A DNA stretch of 64,000 bases, from positions 66,181-130,180 of the forward strand of contig OW818651.1 in the NCBI GenBank assembly GCA_942492885.1. Reading direction: 5' to 3'. Below are positions 57,701-64,000 of this stretch, in pieces. The DNA is from an uncultured Eubacteriales bacterium. GTDB taxonomy: Bacteria; Bacillota; Clostridia; Christensenellales; CAG-138. Every line of letters begins with the position of its first letter. Within the stretch, counting starts at the first letter, position 1. A model generated the notes under the pieces. The model was not told where the DNA came from. It made no database searches and saw nothing but the letters and a program-made list of their open reading frames with translations. The position numbers and the translations under genes were made by a program.

Positions 57701-60700
57701 CATCAGCAGGGAAACAAAGGCCAAGAACGAGATTGAGCCCGCAAGCAGGGCAGAGCTTGAAAAAATAGCGCGGAAAACATGGCGGTACTTTGAGGAGTTC
57801 AGCGGGAAAGAAACGCACCATCTTGCGCCGGACAACTATCAGCAGGAGCCGTATCGGGGCGTTGCCGCGCGCACTTCGCCGACCAATATCGGCTTTGGTC
57901 TGCTCGCGACGATGACGGCCCGGGACATGGGGTTTATCGGCACGATTGATATGATCAGTCTGGTGGAGAAAACGATTGCGACTATCGAAGGGTTGCCCAA
58001 ATGGAACGGCCATCTCTTTAACTGGTACGATACATCAACACTCAAACCGCTCAATCCTGCCTATGTTTCAACGGTGGACAGCGGGAATCTCACAGGATAC
58101 CTCATGACGCTTGCACAGGGGTTGGAGGAATATCTCGAACGACCCCTGTTCGACATTCGCTTTTTCGACGGGCTGATCGCAACGATCGCCAGCGCGGAAA
58201 AAAAGCAAGCGTTCCTTTGGAAGACGCGCGTGCGTGAGGCGAAGGTCGCCGTTTCAAAGGCGGGCACCTCATCCATCTCCGGACTGCGCATCATGCATCT
58301 TGCCTTGCTGGAGTGGCAGGATTTGCTGGATGACGCGACCATTGAAGGCGATGTTTGGCTGGAGAAGGCAAAAAAACAGTTGCAGCAACAGCAAATTGCG
58401 CTGGAAGCCTATTTTCCCGCGGCTCTTCTGCCGCGCGAACTGCCTGCGGCGGAGGACACATCCGAGGATCTCGGCGCACTCCTGCAACTCATCGATGGCG
58501 CTTGCGCCTTTGGCAAACTACCCGTAAGGCAGCGGGATGCTTCAGCGCTTGCCGGGCGCATGCTCGAGCGGGATACAGACGCGCAGGCACCGCTCGACCC
58601 GGAGATTGTGCCGTGGCTCAACGGCATACAGGTTGCGCTGCTCAAGTCGTCGGAGGCATCGCTTCACGAGGTTTTGCGATGTACATCGTTGATCAGTCGC
58701 ATCCGCGCGCTGGTCGCCGCGGTTCGATTCCGCCCGCTTTACAATGAGAAGAAGAAGCTGCTCTCGATCGGATTTAATCTTGAAGAGAGTAAGCGCACGG
58801 ATTCTTACTATGACCTTCTTGCGTCGGAAGCACGGCTGGCCAGCTATCTTGCGATTTCAAACGGAGAAATTCCGTCCACACACTGGTTTCGCATGGGACG
58901 GACGCTGACGATCGTTGGCAAATACAAAGGCTTGGTCTCGTGGACGGGAACGATGTTTGAGTATTTGATGCCGCTGCTCATCATGAAAAGCTATCGCAAT
59001 ACGCTGCTGGACGAGGCCTGCTCGTTTGCGGTGAGAAGTCAGATGAAGTTTGCGAAAACGCGCGATATGCCATGGGGCATGTCTGAGTCCGGCTTTAACT
59101 CGCTCGATAAGCGAAACGACTATCAATACAAGGCAATCGGCGTTCCGTGGCTTGGGCTCAAGCGCGGCTTAAACGAGGATTCTGTCGTCGCGCCGTATGC
59201 AACGTTTCTGGCGCTGCTTGTGGATCCGGAGGAAGCGATCAAAAACATTGCCCGCCTCAAGGAGGAGCAGATCGAAGGCCCGTACGGCTTCTATGAATCG
59301 GCGGACTACACGAAAGAACGGCTGTACTTTGAACCCAAGCGCGTGATCATCAAGAGCTTTATGGCGCATCATGAAGGGATGAGCCTGCTTGCGATCAATG
59401 AGTATCTCAACCGAAACCGCATGCAGGAACGATTTATTCAGAACCCGGAGATTCGCGCCTATCGTCACCTGCTGCAGGAGAAGGTTCCCGCTAACATCGT
59501 CGTGACCAAGGCGACGAAGGAAAAGCTTGCGCCGCTCTCGTTCAAATTATCCAAACAGGAGCTTCCGGTGCGCATGATGGGTCGCCCCGATCTGGCTTTG
59601 CCGCGCGTGCATATCCTATCCAACGGAAACTACTCTGTGATGCTGACGGACGCGGGCACGGGATTCAGCAAAAACAAGATCGCTGCCATGACAAGGTGGC
59701 AGGAGGACAGCACGCTGGATCACTTCGGAACGTTTTTGTATCTGCGTGATATGGAGAGCGGGGCGGTCTGGTCTTCTACCTATGCGCCGCTGAACAGACT
59801 GCCGGAGCGTTACGAGGTCGAGTTTGCAGACGACAAGGCGGTCTATCTTCGCACTGACGGGGACATTGACACGAAGACGGAGATTTTCGTCGCCACGGAT
59901 GACGACGCCGAGATTCGCAAGCTGACGCTGAAGAACAACTCGGATACCGTAAAGACGATCGAGATCACCAGCTACTGCGAAATCGTGCTTGCCCCGCGCG
60001 CGGCTGATCAGGCGCACATGGTCTTTAGCAACCTGTTTGTGGAGACCGATTATCACGCGCCAAGCGGCATGGTCAGCGCAAAACGCCGACCAAGATCGGA
60101 CAAAGAAAAGGTCCTGTGGTTCGGCGCGTTTCTGGTGCGCAGTGCCGACCAGGACGAAGAGATCGAGTATGAAACCGACCGCGCGCAGTTCCTTGGTCGT
60201 GGAAACGATGTGGGATGTCCGCAGGCGCTCCGGCGCAGCCAGCCACTCTCCGGCACCGTTGGTGCGGTGCTTGACCCGATCATCAGCCTGCGTACGCGGG
60301 TCGTGATTGAGCCGGGCAGAACGGCAACGGTCTCGTTTGTGATGATCACAGCGGACCGAAAAGACGCGCTGCTCTCGATCGCCAAGCGGTATGAGACTCC
60401 GCGGGATATTGAACTGAGTGCGCACCGCGCTTTTGAGCGAAGCCGGATTGAGAACAAATATCGGGATTTCAAAGCAAACGAGATCACGCTGTTTTTGAAC
60501 ATGCTCTCGCATCTGCTGTTCCTAAGCCCTGCACGACGGGCAAACAGCAAGGAGATTGCGCAAAATAACAGCGGACAATCTGCGCTCTGGCGATATGGTA
60601 TTTCGGGCGATCTGCCTATCCTGCTGGTTGAGCTCACCGCTGAAACCCAAATTCCACTGCTGCACGAGGCGATCAAAGCATATGAGTACTGGGGCGTCAT

Positions 60701-63413
60701 GGATATCAGCGCGGATATGATCGTCATTGTCAGCGAAGAGAACGCCTACACCTCACCGCTTCGGGACTTGGTGACGGGCATCGTTGGTTCATATAAGCGA
60801 TATACCGCCATGCTTTGCCCGGATGAAATCGTGGTGCTGAACCGAAAGGATCTGACACAGGCGGACGTGCAGCTGTTAATCTCTGCCGCGCGGATCTATC
60901 TAGCCGGCGGAAAAGGCAATATTGAAAAACAGCTGAAGGGGTTTGCCGGGCGGCAGCTTCCGCAGCGAACGCGCTTTACGCGAGAAATCGCATCTGATCC
61001 AACAGAAATTGCGCTGCAGCGGGAACTGCTCTATGACAACGGCATCGGCGGATTTAGACCCGACGGGAAAGAATATTGCATCCAGCTGGAGCACGAGAAT
61101 ACGCCCGCGCCGTGGATCAACGTGATAACAAACCCGAACTTCGGCTTCATTGTTTCGGAATCCGGCGCGGGCTATACTTGGAGCGAAAACAGCCATGAGT
61201 TCCGCCTGACACCTTGGTCAAACGATCCGGTGTCCGATCCGGCGGGCGAGACGATCTATCTCCACGACAGAGACACAGGCAGTATTTTTGCGCCGACAGC
61301 TCTGCCGATTCGGGATGACGGGATCTATCGTGTGCGGCACGGGTTTGGGTATTCGGTGTTTGAACACACCTGTCACGGCATTGGGCAGACGTTGACGCAG
61401 TTTGTCCCTGTCAAGGACACGCTCAAGATCAGCCTGCTCGTGTTGAAAAACGAGACGGACATGGTGAGGCGGCTCGGCGCGACGTATTATGTGCGCCCGG
61501 TCCTGGGCGTAAGCGACCAAATTACCGCGATGCACATTCAAACATCACAAAACGAGTTCGGCGCATTGCTGATGCAAAATCCATTTAACGAAGATTTCCC
61601 CGGGAGAATCGGTTATCTGGATTGTTCGGTCTCAGAACGCTCCGTGACGGGCGATCGCAAGGAGTTTTTCGGTTCCGGCGGGCTAAGATCACCCGCGTCT
61701 CTCTCGCGGGACTGCTTATCCGGCGAGTTGGGCATCGCCCTTGATCCCTGCGGCGCGATGCGGATCGATCTCGAACTACAACCACACGAAGAAAAGACGA
61801 TCGTATTCCTGCTGGGCGTTGCTGACAACGCGGCAGAGGTGCCGCGCGTGAGCGCCGAGTACCGGAGCGCTGAGAAGGCGCAGGCGGCGTTGCAAGCTGT
61901 CACCGATAGCTGGGATGCTGCGCTCGGACAAGTGCGCGTTGAGACGCCGGATACAGCCATGAACCTGTTGCAGAACGGCTGGCTACTCTATCAGGTCATC
62001 GCCTGTCGCCTTTGGGCGCGCACCGGATTCTACCAGTCCGGCGGCGCGTATGGATTTCGCGATCAGTTGCAGGATGTACTGGCAGTTGCGGCAAGCAATC
62101 CGGCGATTGCGCGAAGACAGATATTGCTGCACGCAAAGCATCAGTTTGTGGAAGGCGATGTGCTGCACTGGTGGCACGCGCCGTTGGATAACGGCGTGCG
62201 CACGCGTTTTTCCGATGATTTTCTCTGGTTGCCGTATGTGACGGCAGAATATGTTCGCATCAGCGGAGATTTTACGATTCTGCAAGAGGCGGTTCCGTTC
62301 CTTCAGGGAACACCGCTATCCGAACAGGAGCATGAGCGCTACGAGCGCGCGACACAATCAAGCGAGGAGGCAACGCTATACGAGCATTGTCTCAGGGCAA
62401 TCCAAAGAGGGCTTTCCTTTGGCGAGCACGGCTTGCCACTGATGGGCGGCGGAGACTGGAACGACGGTATGAACGCCGTCGGCGAAAAAGGGTTGGGGGA
62501 AAGTGTCTGGCTCGGGTGGTTCCTTTCCGACGTTCTTGCGAAGTTTTCGCCGATTTGCATCGAGCTAGGCGACGTATCGGCGGCGGACGCGTTGCTTGCA
62601 ACCCGCGAAACGCTGCTGGCGGCTATAGAAGAACACGCTTGGGACGGCGGCTGGTATCGGCGCGCGTATTTTGACGATGGCGCCGCGCTAGGCTCGATTC
62701 ATAATGTTGATTGCAAAATTGATTCGATTGCGCAATCCTGGTCGGTTCTGTCCGGCGGCGGTGAACCGGAGCGGGCGCGCAAGGCGATGCAATCGCTGGA
62801 GGACTATCTGGTGAATCGAGACGAAGGGCTCATCAAGCTTTTAACCCCGCCGTTTGACAAAGGCAAGAGCGAACCTGGCTATATCAAGGGCTATGTTCCG
62901 GGCGTTCGTGAAAATGGCGGACAATACACGCACGCAGCCGCTTGGGTGATTGCCGCGTTTGCAAAGCAGGGTGAAGGGGACAAGGCGCTGGCGCTCTATG
63001 ACCTGATCAATCCGATTCATCATACAAGTAGTTATCGCAGCTATGCAAAGTACAAAACGGAGCCCTACGCACTTGCTGCGGATGTTTACGCCGTGTGGCC
63101 GCATGTTGGGCGCGGGGGATGGTCCTGGTACACCGGAGCCGCCGGGTGGTTCTATCGCGCGGGGCTGGAGTCCATCCTCGGCATCAAAAAACTAGGGGAA
63201 TTCCTCGTCATCGATCCTTGCATTCCGGCGCATTGGCAGACGTTTGGCGTGGAATACCGCTATGGCAACGACTTGTATCACATCACCATCCGCAACCCAA
63301 ACCGGGTGCAGTCAGGCGTGGTGAGCAAGTCGATGGATGGAGGAACGTTCTTCGGCGCGCTCGCGCTACAAAACGACGCAAAGGAGCATTGGGTCGATGT
63401 GTTGATGGGGTAA
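54708..63413 (+). CDS. Cyclic beta-1,2-glucan synthase-like giant multidomain protein (GT84 glycosyltransferase + GH94 phosphorylase-type domain)
   Basis: One uninterrupted frame. N-terminal transmembrane helix and the AEWLLDNFYIIESQ region. GT84-type motifs ITLDSETILP (about 56.62 kb), VLSHDLLEGS and QRRWMRGDWQ (about 57.06 kb). A block of transmembrane helices at 57.19-57.72 kb. GH94-type motifs YGFRDQLQD (about 62.05 kb), LHWWH and GGGDWNDGMN (about 62.45 kb). GTG 54708 is preceded by GGAAGGAG. The track start is TTG 54603. Confidence 0.85.
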   Translation: MNTLLIGILLSAGAFLFFFVILLLFLRERSANKRVAALSVEDPQTYARQATIAHMASKKRSSLDWPLSRLKSNYKLIQAACEDLNENLLKKVDVPAPAEWLLDNFYIIESQYRILLSELRRKEYLRLPVLQSGPYKGYARVYAMAVELIAGGNNTLDDAALLNYFSAYQAKNILLEREVRALPIVLRLVNIEDIRYLCEDIISEVKSRKRADAVYDAFFKETSDKATKFHTALVASIKSGAGVDLTFAEHLCYRLRRAERNPVDAMRMLETILSKLGTSADEITQMEHSAQSLATVAMESSVKRLHYFSSLDWEAFLPAASRIEQILRADSDMVYQNMDLSTRDRYKQQVSRISAASECSEVHTAREALKLAAAARGQGVDSARTGHVGYYLVDKGVGELKRLLTGKKHSRSGSERGKMRWALYLLAIAGITGLIALLGVIYGVHAATNAKLLYGVLCALALLMPASEIAVYLVNRVVSRALKPSLMPKLELKDGIPEELSTMVIIPTLLPDESRVAGVLQNMEEHYLRNREQNLYFAIIGAFGDACSAHLPADDSVISAALAGIEALNHQYADGGEIFFFFHRERQYNASNDVWIGWERKRGAIMEFNDLVQGAPDTSFAWASSETPPFGKIRYVITLDSETILPIGMAKRLIGTMAHPLNRPFVDEARCVVTRGYGLIQPHIDIESAEGTLFSRIFTDQDGIDPYSGALSDVYQDLFGEGIFTGKGIYDLATFQTVLKGTIPENTVLSHDLLEGSYLRTGLASGLTMVDGFPAQYQAYVARQRRWMRGDWQLLTYILPNIRDIDNNRMKNPLSALSRWKIYDNLRRSLISPALLLLAELAVFVLPGNVFVWFGLLLLTIMLPLMGTILSSALSLFRKNARTRRYLPVVDSLKSALLQGLLELTFLPYQAWLSVSAILLTLMRIWVTKKNLLEWVTSADSEAKPLATLGGYLRFMQAAIWLSLLCFAALAVTGQWDRLLMTLPLILLWMMSPVIAFAISRETKAKNEIEPASRAELEKIARKTWRYFEEFSGKETHHLAPDNYQQEPYRGVAARTSPTNIGFGLLATMTARDMGFIGTIDMISLVEKTIATIEGLPKWNGHLFNWYDTSTLKPLNPAYVSTVDSGNLTGYLMTLAQGLEEYLERPLFDIRFFDGLIATIASAEKKQAFLWKTRVREAKVAVSKAGTSSISGLRIMHLALLEWQDLLDDATIEGDVWLEKAKKQLQQQQIALEAYFPAALLPRELPAAEDTSEDLGALLQLIDGACAFGKLPVRQRDASALAGRMLERDTDAQAPLDPEIVPWLNGIQVALLKSSEASLHEVLRCTSLISRIRALVAAVRFRPLYNEKKKLLSIGFNLEESKRTDSYYDLLASEARLASYLAISNGEIPSTHWFRMGRTLTIVGKYKGLVSWTGTMFEYLMPLLIMKSYRNTLLDEACSFAVRSQMKFAKTRDMPWGMSESGFNSLDKRNDYQYKAIGVPWLGLKRGLNEDSVVAPYATFLALLVDPEEAIKNIARLKEEQIEGPYGFYESADYTKERLYFEPKRVIIKSFMAHHEGMSLLAINEYLNRNRMQERFIQNPEIRAYRHLLQEKVPANIVVTKATKEKLAPLSFKLSKQELPVRMMGRPDLALPRVHILSNGNYSVMLTDAGTGFSKNKIAAMTRWQEDSTLDHFGTFLYLRDMESGAVWSSTYAPLNRLPERYEVEFADDKAVYLRTDGDIDTKTEIFVATDDDAEIRKLTLKNNSDTVKTIEITSYCEIVLAPRAADQAHMVFSNLFVETDYHAPSGMVSAKRRPRSDKEKVLWFGAFLVRSADQDEEIEYETDRAQFLGRGNDVGCPQALRRSQPLSGTVGAVLDPIISLRTRVVIEPGRTATVSFVMITADRKDALLSIAKRYETPRDIELSAHRAFERSRIENKYRDFKANEITLFLNMLSHLLFLSPARRANSKEIAQNNSGQSALWRYGISGDLPILLVELTAETQIPLLHEAIKAYEYWGVMDISADMIVIVSEENAYTSPLRDLVTGIVGSYKRYTAMLCPDEIVVLNRKDLTQADVQLLISAARIYLAGGKGNIEKQLKGFAGRQLPQRTRFTREIASDPTEIALQRELLYDNGIGGFRPDGKEYCIQLEHENTPAPWINVITNPNFGFIVSESGAGYTWSENSHEFRLTPWSNDPVSDPAGETIYLHDRDTGSIFAPTALPIRDDGIYRVRHGFGYSVFEHTCHGIGQTLTQFVPVKDTLKISLLVLKNETDMVRRLGATYYVRPVLGVSDQITAMHIQTSQNEFGALLMQNPFNEDFPGRIGYLDCSVSERSVTGDRKEFFGSGGLRSPASLSRDCLSGELGIALDPCGAMRIDLELQPHEEKTIVFLLGVADNAAEVPRVSAEYRSAEKAQAALQAVTDSWDAALGQVRVETPDTAMNLLQNGWLLYQVIACRLWARTGFYQSGGAYGFRDQLQDVLAVAASNPAIARRQILLHAKHQFVEGDVLHWWHAPLDNGVRTRFSDDFLWLPYVTAEYVRISGDFTILQEAVPFLQGTPLSEQEHERYERATQSSEEATLYEHCLRAIQRGLSFGEHGLPLMGGGDWNDGMNAVGEKGLGESVWLGWFLSDVLAKFSPICIELGDVSAADALLATRETLLAAIEEHAWDGGWYRRAYFDDGAALGSIHNVDCKIDSIAQSWSVLSGGGEPERARKAMQSLEDYLVNRDEGLIKLLTPPFDKGKSEPGYIKGYVPGVRENGGQYTHAAAWVIAAFAKQGEGDKALALYDLINPIHHTSSYRSYAKYKTEPYALAADVYAVWPHVGRGGWSWYTGAAGWFYRAGLESILGIKKLGEFLVIDPCIPAHWQTFGVEYRYGNDLYHITIRNPNRVQSGVVSKSMDGGTFFGALALQNDAKEHWVDVLMG

Positions 63414-63420
63414 TCCAAGC

Positions 63421-63458
63421 AAAAAGAAGCGGGGGCAGTTAATCTGCCTCCGCTTTGA
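63421..63458. terminator. Bidirectional terminator between the giant gene and the antitoxin-like gene
   Basis: Stem gcgggggcag (63429-63438) pairs with ctgcctccgc (63444-63453), with an A-run before and a short T-tract after. Confidence 0.6.
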
Positions 63459-63500
63459 TGCTAAAACAGTATTTCGATGTGCGGGCGTGAGTGCCGGAAA

Positions 63501-63749
63501 TCAGACCTTCTTTGCCAGCACGGCAGGAAGCCCTTCGATGAAGGAGGTGCGCTCCGGCTCATCGAGCGAGTCAATGTACTCGATCAAAACAGAGAGTTTT
63601 TCATACTGCGCTGCTGAGATTAACACGGCATCCGGCTGATTGTTCTTCAAAACGAAGATTTTCCCGCAGAGTTCCGCTTTTTCACGGCAAGTCTTATAAC
63701 TCTTAATCATGTCCGAATTAGATACAATCGCATTGGTCGATATCTTCAT
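63501..63749 (-). CDS. Phd/YefM-family antitoxin-like protein (no cognate toxin seen)
   Basis: 82 aa. The pattern IVSNSDMIKSYKTCREKAELCGKIFVLKNNQPDAVLISAAQYEKL fits the Phd/YefM N-terminal fold. On the minus strand, a TTGACA-17-TAAAAT promoter lies at about 63786-63814. Confidence 0.6.
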   Translation of the reverse strand: MKISTNAIVSNSDMIKSYKTCREKAELCGKIFVLKNNQPDAVLISAAQYEKLSVLIEYIDSLDEPERTSFIEGLPAVLAKKV

Positions 63750-64000
63750 GCCTTTTGCCCATACCTTTTCTTTTCGCTCTTGGTAATTTTATATGGATGG
63801 AGACGATATGTCAAACAATTCATTCATCTTTTTATCAATTATTTCGGATTAACCGTAAAAGTATAAAAAGTCGAATGGTTGATCAGAATTGTCTTTCTCA
63901 TCGTTGCATCCAGCGCGCGAAAAGCGCTTCAACCACGGTGAGATCGAGCTGTGCAATCGATCGATATCGTCAACCAATACTTGCTTGCGTCATGTCTTTA

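Noticed and set aside
54122-63900. Genomic island hypothesis: tRNA-Ser as an integration site, with flanking repeats
   Set aside because: There is no integrase or recombinase, and the coding GC of the giant gene matches its surroundings. The only flank similarities are short. One is a 9-nt taaccgtaa shared between the tRNA variable arm and about 63.85 kb. The other is an inverted 10-mer, gaatgaattg near 54.52 kb and caattcattc near 63.82 kb. Both are plausible by chance in AT-rich DNA.
1-64000. Scan for CRISPR arrays, IS elements/transposases, rRNA, reverse transcriptases and defence-system hallmarks
   Set aside because: I saw no regularly spaced direct repeats of CRISPR type, no DDE/serine/tyrosine recombinase-like ORFs, no YADD-type reverse transcriptase motifs, and no nuclease/ATPase pairs resembling known defence systems.
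63900-64000. Possible short minus-strand ORF at the window edge (about 45 codons reading into 63.86 kb)
   Set aside because: It has no ATG with a ribosome-binding site, falls below any reasonable length threshold, has no recognisable motif, and is truncated by several stops in the other frames. It cannot be supported as the missing toxin.

Overview
GC-rich chromosomal segment with AT-rich intergenic spacers. Gene content points to a Clostridia-type anaerobe: GGAGG-type ribosome-binding sites, two T-box leaders, Stickland-type ornithine genes, a glycyl-radical enzyme and a Spo0A-like domain. An Oscillospiraceae/Ruminococcaceae-like host is only an inference. About 49 genes are supported. Housekeeping genes are murF-ddl, pheS-pheT behind a Phe T-box, clpB, glmS, pyrG, glgP, nfo, tag, an SDR/fabG-like gene and tRNA-Ser(GGA). 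These are interleaved with accessory metabolism. No transposase, integrase, CRISPR array or rRNA was seen. Six things deserve a second look. (1) A single ORF of about 2,900 codons (54.7-63.4 kb) has the GT84 + GH94 architecture of cyclic beta-1,2-glucan synthases. It stands alone between a tRNA-Ser gene and an orphan Phd/YefM-like antitoxin. (2) An uncharacterised glycyl-radical enzyme operon (GRE, activase, PNPOx-like protein) has an atypical glycyl motif. (3) A receiver-less Spo0A C-terminal-domain protein is preceded by five CGA(A/T) cores at an exact 10-bp phase that resemble head-to-tail 0A boxes. (4) A complete oxidative ornithine degradation cluster is present (ord-ortAB-oraSE-glmL-like-orr). 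(5) A stand-alone trpB sits behind a Trp-specific T-box. (6) glmS has a short hairpin leader instead of a glmS ribozyme. Many long ORFs in the six-frame track are antisense shadows of real genes and were rejected. Several track ORFs carry false N-terminal extensions that are really leader RNAs. All family assignments come from motif recognition by eye, not from database searches.
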